A stretch of DNA of 64,000 nucleotides from Antedon mediterranea (lineage: Eukaryota > Animalia > Echinodermata). The position numbers and the translations under genes are program-made. The notes beneath the pieces were generated by a model. The model saw only the letters and a program-made list of their open reading frames with translations, had not been told where the DNA came from and did not search any database. This document shows, piece after piece, positions 26,401-41,400 of the stretch (positions are counted from its first letter, which is position 1; every line of letters begins with the position of its first letter). The DNA lies in NCBI RefSeq assembly GCF_964355755.1, contig NC_092678.1:23453365-23517364 (forward strand), read 5' to 3'.

Positions 26401-29400
26401 CAATTGGTCACCAGTCAACGTGTCAGGTTTATCATCCGTCATTGGTACAGAACGTGTTCCAAGAACAGGTGAAACATGTTTGGGTTTCCTGTTTACATCT
26501 GGTGACGACGCGGCCATTTGATTAACGTAAATTTTTTCATCAACGTTTGTGTCCAAAGGTTTAATATCAGGCAACACGTAATCATCACTCAAACCGCTGT
26601 TTCTTTGTCCGTCTGCGGAGTTCCGATTCTCATTAGAAAGAAGACTCCCTCTACCGGAACTGCCGCTGTTATCGCGACTTAGTGGAGACTTCAACTGTTC
26701 AACAGTTGAATTTTCAAGTACTTCCAAGTTTTTGCTTTCAGTTACTTCTGATCCGGCAGAAGAGTCTTGTATTTCCACTGATGTTCTTGCAGTCATTTTT
26801 GAGGAATCTATTACACCAGATGGAAAAGAGAATGTATGCATGTCCGAAAGAACCATATGTGGTGTCGAAGGTTGTCTGGAGTCGGTTGCTGCTTCCTCAG
26901 ATTTCTTACTTTTTTGTGTACCTTTGCGATTCTTATCAACCACTGCATACGTGGTGTTTGCAACTAAAGAATATGATTTATCTTTTGCCAAACTGGATGC
27001 ATCACATGATTTACTCTTTGATGGTGGGGGAGGGGCTGGTCGCCGAGGTTTAGGTAACGACCCTTGGCTATGTTGTTTTATAGTCCTTTTACTGGAATCA
27101 GATTTTCCATTTATTTCATTCTTACTAGTTAAGTTTTCCAAAGTTGTTGAGGCATCTTGCTGTACTCTTATCTCAGGACTAGATGGAACATTAAATTTCT
27201 CTGTTGAAGTCCTTTCTTCAGATTTGCTCCGACTCTTTCGAGGGGGCGCTATAAGCGTTGGCGACGACTCTGATTCAATATGTTTACCTAGTAACTCTGC
27301 AGGAACAACTGGGTTAATAGTTTTGGAACGTCCCTTTTTATTTTTTCGTTTTGGAGGTTTTGGTTTTAGAGGAGGTTTTGAATTCTCCAACGGTGTTGAT
27401 AATTCTGCATCAAGAGCAGAATTTGCAGAAATTGCTCTTTGTCTTTTGAAAGATTCACTGATAGTCTTTGACTTCTTCTTTTTTACCGAAACAATTTTTT
27501 CTTTTCGTCTAGCAACCGGGCTGTTGGAAGATGTTCGGTTGGACGATCTAGCTGATTCAGGCGATGAAATGTCTTTACCGTATTTATCAACCTTTTTCTG
27601 GCGTCGAACAGGAGTTGGTCGGATATTACTATAAGGTCTTTCAGGATCAACTACGCAGTTATGATTATTTTCCAGCATTTGTGTATCTGTTGGTAGAGTA
27701 TGCAAGTTTTCAACTTGCTTTAATTTCTTTTGTGTGACTTTAATTTGCAACATTTGATTATCACATTTCAACGATTCTGAACGTCCCATTTGGTTCTGCT
27801 GTTTCGCTGTTGACATTTGTTTGTCACATGGTAGTGAATCCGAGTGTCTCACTTTATTTTGTTTCTTTTCTGGAAGTTTCGGACTAGAAGTTTTTGGTTT
27901 GGTAACATTTTTCTTTTTTTCTTTTGCTTTGGCAGCTTTCTCTTCAAAACTTTTAGTTCGACGTGGAGGAGGAACCGGAAGTTTATTGGACGGATCTTGT
28001 GAGACACGCTTGGAAGACGAACATTGGTTTGCAAACTCACATCCTGGTTCTAAATTCTCATAGACATTGTCGTCATCAAGACTAAAATCAACATTTGCAT
28101 AAGGGCGTTCATCACACCTGTGTACAGCGCAGGTGTCCATATCAGTAACATTACCATATGCATGATGGTCATCACACCTGTGTACAGTACAGGTGTGCAT
28201 ATCGGTAACATTACCGTATGCATGATGTTCATCACACCTGCGTACAGCAGCGCAGGTGTTCATATCGGTAACATTTCCATATGCATGTTCTGATAGTTCA
28301 ATTTTTGGAAAACAATCATTTTTCCCATCATTATTTATGTCCTCGCTTTTTCTCTCACTATCTATTGCATGAGGTTCAACCCCATTCTTTCCTTTATCAA
28401 CTTTTTTCTTTCCATCTATCTCTTCTATTTCTGCTATAATCACTGTATTTCTTCCTTCATTTTTCAAGTTGGTAAAATCCGTCGTGTCGGAAGATGATTC
28501 AATGAACATCGACTGTGTTGTACGTTCATCGTTGTCGCCCGCGACCCGTGCCAAGGTTGACGGATTAGAGTAATTTACAGGAGTTGTTTTGAAGTCTGCG
28601 GAGCGTATTCGATTTAGAATAAACTTTGAAATTGTTGGTTTTGGTTTTATTGGTGGTTTTGTCTGATTCACTGAAACATCTAAAAAGAATAATAAAACAG
28701 TTAGTTTAGCAAATGTAACACTATCTAAAGACAGGCCAGTGGAAGGAAAATAGTATTTTAAATTGGAAAAAGTTGTTAATAGTAGAAAACAAAAACAAAA
28801 AATCAAATTGAAGAGGAAAAATAGTTATAGAAGGGAACTGAAGAAGATTAAGATCATTATTATTATGGTTTGCAGGGCGAAATCAAATGTTATATCAAGT
28901 TTGCGTCGTGAGGTCAATTTCCCGATTGATCGTAATCAAAACGGTACTGGGTATGGTCTACTAGTTTTCCTGCTCCCAACCAGTACATCCATTCATAGAA
29001 GCTTTGATGAAGTAAGCCTACCTGGTGGTAACTATAGAACGGTTCCGAGATAAGTTTCTCAACAGTTTTTTTCAGAACTAATATACGTGGTGTACCGCAA
29101 ACTTGATATCAACATATTATGAATTTATGCTAAATCCTCAATTAATTTGCCTATTCATTAAAATTGGGTTTTAATAATACATTTTTTATACAATTCATTA
29201 AATGGACCTCAATTTCTAAACATTCTTTCTATACATCAGAGGTTTTTTTTAATCAGAAAACAAATATTTGTGATCAATACACACAAGCAGGAACCAATTT
29301 CAAAATCCTTACTATAATGCATGACAGAATAAATAAGTAAAAGTTACATAACACTACAATCAAAATAAGCTTCATTTCAATGCCCATCTGCTGTGAACAA

Positions 29401-32400
29401 GATTACAAGGGTTTACAATAATAGAGGGATTCCAATATGCAAATGAGCTGTTACATAATCAGATAAGATAAATTGTTTTTACTGACCATTTTGAATTGAT
29501 TTATTCCATTGCCACACAAAAAAAATTACAGAAAAATGTTTTGTAACGTTTAACGGTTATTTTATTATTCTTTTGTATTAATTTGTAATGTAAGTTGTAA
29601 CCGAGTAAAGTAAGGAAATAAATACAATGTAAAAAAAAACAATTACAGAAATATATACAAAACGATACAAAGCAAATTAAATTGCCATTTTTGACACCCG
29701 TTTTCTGGAGTAATATATCTGGATATAATGTGGTGTAACCTTAAAACTGTATTAGTTGTTTGTCATGCAACCTTCAAACAATATTGAAACAATTTGTTTC
29801 AATGATATCATTTAATTTATCTCACACAATAAATAAATGTTGAGCTTCTCCAACTTTACAGGTTGGAGAAATTTGAAACTTTTAAAGAAATTACAGATGT
29901 GTGTACACTTCACTATCAGTTATAGTAATTGAAAAATGAAAATAAACAAGGATCTAAACTGTATAATATAGAAATTCTGATATAATATTGTTTTAATGTT
30001 TAAATGAGGAATAATCACGCAGTATGTAAGGTTTTGTTTCTGTAAAAGAAAGTAAAGTTGGGAATGTCTTGACTTTTCAGTTGTTTTGCCTAACATTTAT
30101 TTATTTTTTATTTCAACAATAGGGACACTCAAAATATGATAAAAACATGCAACAACTAAAAATTAAAAAAGAACCAAACATAAAGTTTTTTTTTCATTTT
30201 TACTTTCCTTTTTTGGAGTACAGTACTGCAAACTTTAGTCTAATCCTAATAGAACTTTACTTTTAACACCTTACTTTAATATTTTACTTAAACCATGGAG
30301 GTTAAACTTAGGTTAAGATTTGGGATAATAATATGTTTACACATTGAGCCTATGTAAACTGCAGGTGTTCCTATAAGTGTCTTGAAATTAAGACTATAGA
30401 CCATTGTAATCATTGTAATGTTTGTGCTATTATATATTTTAAAATGGCTATTAAATATCTTTAATTAATAATAATGAATTTACTGACTATTTAGTTACCG
30501 TAAATGTAAATCTGCCAAATTTTAAATATCCATAAAACTTTTATTAACAATCACGTTATGATCCTTTAAATGCTGTCCTATTAAGCATCTACTATATTCA
30601 ACAATACGTTGGTAGAGGTGTCGGCATGTATATCCAACATAACTTGCATCACGCAAGTCACATTTAAATTTATACACAACACATTGTTGACTTATAATAG
30701 TTGGTTTCTTTTCGACTTTCCTAAAACTTTTAATTGTTAAATAAAAACAAATTACTAGAATGTTGGTAATAAAAATAGCCAATGTTGTATGTAACGAAAA
30801 ACTGCACAAATTTAGAAGAAGTGTAAAAATGGAAGTGTTTACATGGGTGTGGTGAATGAGAGGTACATACCACCATGGCATAGTGGAGGGAAACAACAAC
30901 ACCTTTTGTCAAAGTTTCTACAAAATCTGGGTTTTTCGTTTTTACCCTTTGTCCTTCAGAATGGTCAGCTAATTAAAGCTATTATGTAAGATCTAGAAAT
31001 GTGACCTGTTGCCATGCAATTCAAGGACAAGAAGGCTACATTTTAAACCAAATTTAAAAGCAAGACTGGAACAAAGAATTGTTAAGCTGTCAACACTAGG
31101 ATTAAACCAGAGTGAGAAAAACAAGAAATAAAGAGAAATTGATTATCATCACATAATGCTCTAATTCACACAGATTTTTTCCCATACAGTCATTATGTAA
31201 TTAGATGAGTTTAAAGCTCTGTCTACACTATCAAACTAGTTTGACAAACACAGTTTATAGGGCTAAGCTCTGTCTACACTATCAAACTAGTTTGACAAAC
31301 ACAGTTTATAGGGCTAAAGCTCTGTCTACACTATCAAACTAGTTTGACAAACACAGTTTATAGGGCTAAGCTCTGTCTACACTATCAAACTAGTTTGACA
31401 AACACAGTTTATAGGGCTAAAGCTCTGTCTACACTATCAAACTAGTTTGACAAACACAGCTTATAGGGCTAAAGCTCTGTCTACACTATCAACCTAGTTT
31501 GTCAAACACAGCTTATATGGCTAAAGCTCTGCCTACACTATCAAACTAGTTTGACAAACACAGTTTATAGGGCTAAAGCTCTGTCTACACTATCAAACTA
31601 GTTTGACAAACACAGTTTATAGGGCTAAAGCTCTGCCTACACTATCAAACTAGTTTGACAAAAACAGTTTATAGGACTAAGCTTTGTCTACACTATCAAA
31701 CTAGTTTTACAAAAAAAAGCGTGATGTGCCCAAATATGGTAGTTAATTCTCAAATATGATAGTGATATTACATCATCATGTCCACATGCAGGCACATCAC
31801 ATTTTAGTTTTAGTCCTAAAGTTTGATAGTGTAGACAGAGCTCAATACTACTCCATGATCTCAATCTTATGTAGTGACTACAGATTCCACAGGTATTGTA
31901 TACTGTATTGTCAAACCTTTTTTGAATGAAAAAATAGTGTCTAGCTTAGACCACCTTGGTTTCAAAAGATTGAACCAATATATTATTATAATTATATTAC
32001 TGAGTGGTAACTTGTGTGCGATTTTCATTTTTGTTCATTTAGGCGTGTCAGCTATTTTTAAGTTTTAGAAATCCCATATAATACAGGAAGGAAGTCCAAC
32101 AGAAAGTAGAATACTGATGAATCACATAGCAACAACTGACCATATGAAGTGACAACTGACCATTGACATCTGACCAGTGTACAGTAGTAGCCAATGAAGT
32201 GGGCGACCAAGGTGATAATTAATAAAAGATTTAAATAGATCAGTGATGATATATTATTAACAGACAATTAATATCAATTTGCAGTTGGAGAATTTTTTAA
32301 GAACACAATTTACTGAGCAATGTTGCACTTCTTAAAAAGCGCAGAAAATCCAAATTTAGATCAAAAATAGAGATTGCTGGATGTGTGATAAAATAATGTA

Positions 32401-35400
32401 CACAATTGGTGGACTAACAATGTGAAAGCTGAATAAAATGTTGTATGCAAATAAGTACATCATTACAACATTCATTAACAAAATAAAGAAAATTTTATCA
32501 TAGCTGTACTTAAAAGAAATCCAAAAAGACAATTCTTTGACGTTACATACTCGACCTTCTTACCTTTCAAATATAACGTAATTAATGATAATTAAGTAGG
32601 CGATGATGATTGCAAGATATGAATGCTGCACCAGCGAAAAAAAACGAGTGCGTCACATGACCTATGACCTGATGTTGAACTGTGATGCATACGGCATGAC
32701 AGATCTGTCCCAAGGTAGCCAACTAATATGAATGTGTCAGTTTTAAACATTTGAATGATTAATAACTAAAAAAATTATAATCATTAGAATATTTTAAATT
32801 AACTCCCGATTTAATTTAAAAAATATATTTTACTGCAGTTACTGCAGTACTACATTAAGTGATAGTTTATTTTTTAGCAAGCATTAAAAAAAAAATCATA
32901 CACACTGTTTTACAGTGACTGCCTTGAATCAAACTAAAATCATTCGTTTAATATCGCAGTAAAAAAAGATAAACTAACTAATCATTGAGGCAAAATGATT
33001 TTACCTCCATGATCTAATAGAGTATTGGGTTGGAGGGCGATTTGAAGACTTTATACAATTACACAATCACAATAGGCCCATTGAATGCATGGGACAGTGC
33101 AATAACAATCGCAATAGGTCTATTGCACATTTAACATTACAATATAAGTTGTTCGAAAAATAGTTGAGTTCAATGTTGGATGTAAAATTATCTGGTTCTT
33201 ATGAATAAAATCAATAAGCGTGCACTTAAGAGCAGCACGCCTCCAGACAGATAGAAAAAAAAAATTAATGACATAATACTATCGATGAATCACACTGTAG
33301 AGCAGCATAGCAGTAGGTCATGTGTCACATGGCGAGTGGACGACAAACTTATATCACGGAGAAACTTGCTTAAACTAATTTTTCCATACTTATTATTAAT
33401 TATATATTGTCACCTAAAAATTCTTCCTGTTTATTTTATTCATGATATTCGATGGAAGTGCCCTACTCAGTTATCTTTTAAATTTTAATTTAGATCAATT
33501 AAAATATTAATATTTTAATTACGGCATACATTAATTAGGTCATAGTTTTTATTAATATTAATAAACAAAAAATTATTGAGGTTTACAGATTGCTATCATT
33601 GTTCTTAAAATCTCATTCTTAATCTTGTAATATTAATTAATTAGTTAATTCAATTTTAGTCAGAGCATTTTTCATACTCTAAAATTGGGTTAGATTAAAC
33701 ATAATATTGAGGTGGTCAGAAGGTCAAACAATTCCTGTCTGGAATTTTTCTTGTATTTTGTTAATATGACCATTTTGGACAGTCCAGCATTAGTACTGTT
33801 AGCAGGTAGTTTTGGTTAACTAGGTTACTTAATATAGTCCTGTATGATGGGACATACGCTGCCTGCATGATCATAACATGGTTGATACCAGCAACAAAAA
33901 GTTTATTTTAAAGTCAATTTATCAAAAAAAAAAGCTATGAAAATAGCTTTGAAGTTAAGGTCAACAAATCATAAATTATATATAACTTACATGTGACAGG
34001 TGGATGGAATTTATAATTTACATAATTATTTGCATAATAATTCAATGTCTTTAAAACAGATGTTGTTACTAAATATCTCACAGATTTTCTATTTCTATAA
34101 AAGAAACTTTTCAAAACAAGTTAGAAGATATTATCTATAATTGCGAATGATTGATTTATTCATTTCCTACTTCATGTCGTTTCATTATGGTTTTTTTTAA
34201 AATTCTTAAATAACTTGAAAAGACAAGAACACAGTTCTGTGAGCTACAACAATAGAGTTATAATTTGGGTTGTATTGTCCAGGGAGTTGTAATTTACAAC
34301 TCCCTGTATTGTCCATTTTTTTGCTGGTACAGTAGCTTTTTAGGCTTTGTTTACATTGGTTACATCTACCACCTATTCAGGCCTATTGCCAAGATTTGCT
34401 AATGTAGTGAATTGCATCACAGTCTCAATAGCTAGTTATTTGTACAACTACACAATGCTGTAGATAAGACTTGAAATAACATTGTTATAATGCTCTACCA
34501 ACAGTTTTTACCAAATGACACAATCATGACCTTCAATAGGATTTAAACCCAGGACTGTATAACCACTCGTTCAACTTATTCTAGATTCTTAGATTTCTCT
34601 TATATAAAAAGACAGTAAAAAGTTTGCAAATATTAATTTATCAGTCCAGTTTGTACGACAAAATCTTAAAACACTTACTGTCATTTTGTGAGAATCTCTC
34701 CCGCAAAATCTCAATCCGAGTTCGCATATTTTCAAAACAAGAAAAAAAATTATCTTCCAAACGAATAAAATCCAAAGAAAAATAGTTGTGGAAAGGTTTA
34801 TAATATCCAAATCTAGAATATTAAGATTCTACGTCAGATAAATTTCCATTTTGTAGAAAGTTTCAGCAGCGCGTTTGTTGATGGTATTCACTGCTAGGAA
34901 GTGGCATGACTGCTGACTACTTTCAAGTTGAGATATAACAACACATTTCCTGACGCAGCTTGCTAGGTCTTCACGACGACGACGAGGACAGTCATCCAAT
35001 TGTAGCAAATCTTCATAACGTACAAACAAAACTTACATTTAATAGCTCACTAAAAACTTCGACAAAAACGCCAATATTGGAAACTTGCTTTAATTTCAAA
35101 ACTGAAAATGACATTACAAGATTCCGTTTGTTGTAAGAATGTTGTTATTAGTCATAAAGGATATAAGAAGTAATTATATGAATAATTTACTAATTAACGA
35201 AGCAAAGTGATTTAATTACTAAGTACAAAGTAATTTAAGTCCATTGACATAATGAAGATAAATTAGCAAAAATTCACTGATTTAGAGAAACACTCACACA
35301 ATTATTTTTTGTTACCACCCGGATGAATTTATAGTCACCACTTTTCTTGCATAAGTTGTGGGTAAGTTCTGACCTCATTATGACCATGCTACTTTTGTAA

Positions 35401-38400
35401 ATTGTGAGTTTATTTATAGAGATATTATAGTGAATAATATCTCTATGGTATATTTCAATGTCATCAGTGTTTTGCATAAGTTGGTACACATTTGATCACA
35501 ACCTTGATTGAAGTCAAAATGTATTTTTATACAACTTTACCATACATTTACAAAATTAGTACCGATAAAATATGTACCATTATTTGATAGGGATGTTCAA
35601 TGAATTTTTATGTATTTGAGTTGTATTGCTCTTTTTGGAGAAATAGGCCAATGTTAGTTTATCCGGGTAAAACTAGGCACGATATAGACTGATAAATTAA
35701 AAACAATGCAGTATGACTTTTTAAATTTATCAAACTGAAAGGGTAAATTTATATTGATATGATTCAATGTTTCAATCATTAATTGAAAATATTTAGGCAG
35801 GAAAAAAAAAACCACCATAATTAATGCAGAGATATAATAAATAATAATAAGAAGAATAATGTACATGAGAATAAAAAAAAAAAAAATAATAATAATAATC
35901 ATTTCTGTTTTTTATTTTGTATTGTATTGCTATGGAGGAAAATAAATGTCTTTTGAATTGAATTAAATTGAATAACAAAGGTGGAATAACAGGGGTGCCA
36001 AAACAAACAACTTTAAAGTTTTATTCAAGTTTTTTTATTAATATCTTTTACAATATCTCATCGGCGACATATTGCAAACCTAATTTCATTATTATTCAAA
36101 GAGAATTACAATTTCCTCTAGACTATATGAAAAGCGTATGAGTCAATGAATTCGTATTAATCATGCTAGTTTAATACTGACATCATCTACAAAGGTCACC
36201 AATCATCTTGTTGTTGGGATACATAATCATTATGCAAAAAATAGGCCTACTTACAATTTTTTTTTACAAGAAAAAAAAGATTTTATTGGCGAATTTCTAT
36301 CTGAACAAAAATTGTACTTAAAAAACAACTTTGATCAAAATATAATAAATTTATATCAGCTAACAATAGTCTTTTATATTATGGTTGTTAAATTTTAGAA
36401 AAACCTTGTAAATTATTCCAATTTAATCCAGTTTGTTACAAATATATTTCTAAATAATTTCTACAACATTTACAAACAACAAAGGTAGGTCTCACAGGCA
36501 CCCACTATAAAGAATAGAAGAAGTGGTTTTACGTTTGATATTCGTACCAACAAGAATCATAGTACAATTACGTAAAACTTTAAATACGTAATCACTAGAA
36601 TTTAATCTGCGTGTCAGATGAAACTAACTTATGATTTAAGGAATTGTAATGATTTCCTGGCAATCTTACTAAACTCCTAATTTCCAAGATATGATGAATG
36701 AATTCGGTTAAAAAAAAAAAATATTAGATCCAATAAACGTGAAATCACTTGAGAATATTCCGTAAGGTAACTTTTTACTCGTTTACTAACATAATGAAAC
36801 AAAATTAAAATCTAGAAAAGTAAAAAAATAATCGGTATAATATAGCGTAGAATAATCATACCAAGCAATGGAAAATACAAAATGTATTTTTGATGTTGTA
36901 GTTTCCATAGAGATAATAATATCTCTAAGGTTTTTCATTGTGGAAGTAAGGTACTTTGTTAAAAACTCTAAAAATACCAAAATCGCAAAATAAATGAAAT
37001 AAAATAAAACATTTTTAAAAACAGATGTTCTATGTCTTACTATTATTTAGAGCATAGAGCCAAGACGATATATGTTTAAAGTTAAAAAAATACATAAAGC
37101 ATGTCTAATTGCTTATTTCTTATGTCTTATCTTTATACCAGCAACTAGCACAAGTTACTGTACTGAATAATGGGTACCCAAAACACTTCCACCCTATAAA
37201 CTACTTTATACACTTCACTGGTTTCTTTACTTTGGTTATAATTGCGTTTGTTCCTCCATGACTGACGTTTCTCTACAACGGAAGCTCAAGAATTTTCAGG
37301 AAATAGTTGTAATTAATTACCTAAGATTTAATTTCTATTTTAAGAACTTTAAGGTGGTAAGATGTCCTACAAAGTTAATTTTTGTCCAAAAACTCATTAC
37401 ATATTTTTTTCAAAATCAGTTTCATTTTTTTTCACCCAGTTTGGTCTCAATATTTTCTTAATGTTATTTAATTGAATTAACTTTAAGGTATGTCCGGTCG
37501 CCTATGGGACGGAAGCTATCAGTTTAATATTTTGTAAACTATAGAGGGTGCTCTCATACATATTTTAACGAATAACACCAGAAGAATTTGAAAGCACCAA
37601 TAAGAAGAAAACAAGAATAAATTAAATAATTTTTGTTTTTGTAAGTTTTGTATTTTATATAAAAGGTAGTAATAGAAAAATATAAATTGTACGGGAGAAA
37701 AAAATCAAAATATCTAAATTAAACTCACTTAATTTTTATAAAAAAAACCATCTACTAAAAAGTTTGAGTACTAAAATATTATAGAGGGGGCTACATCAAA
37801 ATTACAATATGAAATGGAAAGCAAGATTTATTTAGTTGTCAAGGTCTTAAGGATTTCTAGGAACGAAAAGTCAGTTGCATGGTTGCCAGAATATTGTTTG
37901 ATTTTATGCAAATGCTCATCAAAAGAAAATATGTCTTAAGCAACGGAACTGATTTGTACTTTACATATCCTGTGGGACTCAATTAACACTAAACAAATGA
38001 CAATACCACAAAAGCATTCCTTCACAATTCATCATGACTTTTGTACTGTGAATGAATTAATGAATGGACTGAGCCTTTATCATTTATTTATCAGTGGAAA
38101 ATTATTTCCATTTATTGTCATTTGCATATAAAATATACATAGAAATTATGATTGCGTTGAGATATACAAAAACAGATAAATGAAAAAACTAACAAAAACA
38201 ATTCAAAGTGACATATCACTCTTGCACGGTATACTGACAAAAAATGGATAAAAACTGTTGTACGAGAAATGAACTAAACTTTCTTTTTTAACTACATAAA
38301 CATTATTATTATTATTTCCTTTGACTCTTTATACAGTAACCTAATTTTTTTTCTGGATATTCTTTAACGCAAATTATAGAAAATATAAAACAATAAACAA

Positions 38401-41400
38401 TACAGACATCTGTCAATTGTATTTGGAAGTTGATAACAATCTTTAGTGTCAATTTATCTAGTGCACAATTACTTTATTCTTTGAAATCAAGATTTGGATC
38501 TTCACGATTAAATAAAGTCTAAGACTAATCATGACAATCACCCCGTTTAAAAAATCCATGAGTTGCAAATGAAGTATTGTGGGATACATTGCGGGAAATA
38601 AACTTTGCACGGCACTATTATGATCTGTGGTTTTGTGTAGTCTGGAATTTACAAGACTACAGTAGCCCAGTACAGTTATAATGTGCGATGTACAATATTT
38701 TAAACGTACAGTATAGGCCATATTATGCCTTATACAGTGCTTTTAATACAGTATAGGCCATATTAGGCCAAATACAGTGCTTTACAGTACAGGCCATATT
38801 ATGCCCTATACAGTGCTTTTAATACAGTATAGGCCATATTAGGCCATATTCAGTGCTTTTAATACAGTATAGGCCATATTAGGCCATATAGAAGGCTTTT
38901 AAATATACAGTATAGACCATATACAATGCATTTTTTTTAAATGCCAATGACTGACGAACTCTAAGATTTGACCCTGAATGAAGAGCTTCCTGGACACGGA
39001 CATTATGAATCAATTTGTTTGTAGACATCAGCTTTTTAATAATTTTAAAAACTACACCCAGTCAAAGTACTTTTCAATCACATGGAACCAAAAACTCATA
39101 TTTGTTCATAAAAAATTGAGAAAATATTAATTTTATTTTTAATAATTTGAGTTTGAACTTACCTAATAACGTATTGGTATTTGTATCATTTTTCAAAGCT
39201 AATGAATAAAAAATATATATATTTGATTAGTTAATGATGGAAACATTCAAAGATATTATATACAAAGAAAAAAGAAGGGTTTAGTACACTATTATTTTAT
39301 TACATAATTGTTGACACATTTATTCATTACAAATACGAACATATACAGGTTTACTCTAACGCTAGGTTTATCCAGAATTAATATTTTACTTCAGTAAATA
39401 TGTGTATTGTAGGTATAAGTCCATGTTCTTTTTATGCTTTGTGTTATTTGTATGGCATTTAATGAAATAAATGTTTGTTGAATTTGTTGAATTTCTTGAA
39501 TATTTCTTGAATTGTTGTGTCTGAAGTTGTGTCTAAATTTGGAGTTTAACATATATTGGATGTTATTGTCATAAAAAGCAATAAAATACAATATAAAAGT
39601 GTAAGAGTTTTTATGGTTGTATGGTATACAGAAATGTTTGCTATTTTATGCACCATACACTTAGGGTCTCAAAATAAACACAATTTAAACCTCAAATTAC
39701 CCAACAGTAAACCTAATTTCTCACTCTAAGATTTATGTAAAACATTGCAAGCCATACAATGCCACTTTTGATACCATTTGTTCCCATAAGTATGCACTTA
39801 AGTTGGATACAATGTCTATTGTTTTATTAAGTACTAATTTAGCCTAAATTCAATTAGAAGTAGTGTTATGTAGTTGTGGCGATAGACTGGTGAATTTCAG
39901 TCAACAATGCTCCTCTGTGAAACCCATTAAAAGTATTACAAGGAAATACTTGTCAACATCTGTGACTTAATACTAATGTAATTCTAAAAAATAATAACTA
40001 AACAGTATGTCATATGATGTCAGCGTTTTAACTAGTCAATGTTTAAACATGGAGGATCTATTCAATTAGATAGGTCCATGATTTAAATACAACACATATT
40101 GGTCCGATCCTTTACTCAAGCAAACTGGGTTTGGATCATGGGCATTTAAATATTTAGTTGTTCAAACATATTATCTTCGTACAGTAGAAGAATTGTTAAT
40201 AATTTAGTCTAAGAACTTTCCAATCACGTGAAACAAAAAACACTTCAAATGTAAGTGTTTTATCTTATTAATAATATTTAAATACAGCACTAATTGGTCT
40301 GATCCTTGACTCCAGAATACTGGGTTCAAATCTTGAAAGGGGTACTTTACCATTTAGGGGTTCAAACCTATTACTGAATTTAACCAACTGGTCTATTGGT
40401 GGTAGACAGAACATAAGATGCTTGATAAAAAAACCTGGCATTGGACTGGAACCAATCCAATTGGATTTGAAACAAGAACTAGGTATTGCCAAGCAAGTAC
40501 CATGATACTCCACCTGAATGTACTAAATGTGAAACTGAAATTAATAAGAACTTACCTGTGATGGCCTCGGTTTTCATATTATTTTCCAAAGCTAATAAAT
40601 GAATCATAAAAAATACAACACATCAGTTAGTTTTTAAAAATTTGAAAATGAAAGTTTTAAATTAATAAGTTAAAATGGGTTGACATTAACTTACCTGTCA
40701 AGCTCTTGCTTTTCATATTATTCTCCAAAGCTACACAAAAGAAATATTTAAAAAATGATTAGTTTTTATGAATTGAGAAAGGTTAAAAAAAAGATGGAAA
40801 AAGTTTATAATTAAAAACAATACATAAAACAAATTATGTCTAATTACATGTTAAAGAGTGGACTTATATAGCGTACAGTACCTGCATAGAAATGATTAAA
40901 ATAAATGATACATCATTAAAATAATGCAACAGTGATTGTATTGTTTCATTGTTCAGTAACTGAACCATAGTCTGATCACCTCAAAAATCAATAATACCCT
41001 ATGCTAGACTGCCGCACCATTAGCTATAGTGTAAATAGTGAGAAAAATTCTTCAACTTTCAATCAATTGGTATTCAAATCAACAATGACCAATGTCAAAT
41101 ATCAGCGTGGATTCAAATATTTTCATTACAAAATTATTCATTCACTTAACAAAAAAAAACAGACAATATGACGATGAGTCAGAGAAGAGAAAGTCTCAAA
41201 TGGTACTATTGTGCTTATCCTTCCAGATGCGTAACGTGCGACGACTCATGTTACTAAAAATAGCATCCAGTTTGAGGAAACACCAATCATATTGAAGGTA
41301 ATGATTAAGGTAACCCAGGTACCAATTACCTGAAGCTGGCAAATCAAGGTGCCAATAAATGGTGTCAGATATTTGTCATACGGCCCCAGGTGATGAATTT

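Noticed and set aside
26732-27634. 300-aa plus-strand ORF
   Set aside because: It is the antisense shadow of the large FGD exon, with no independent motif or splice support.
26335-28806. 823-aa ORF as a stand-alone gene with a hydrophobic N-terminus
   Set aside because: The N-terminal part is an intronic polypyrimidine tract. The real exon is bounded by an acceptor at 28680-28681 and a donor at 26337-26338 and splices in frame to the DH domain.
31213-31700. CRISPR-like regular array
   Set aside because: The linkers are near-identical rather than unique spacers, the repeat is a MITE TIR, the context is a eukaryotic intron, and there are no cas genes.
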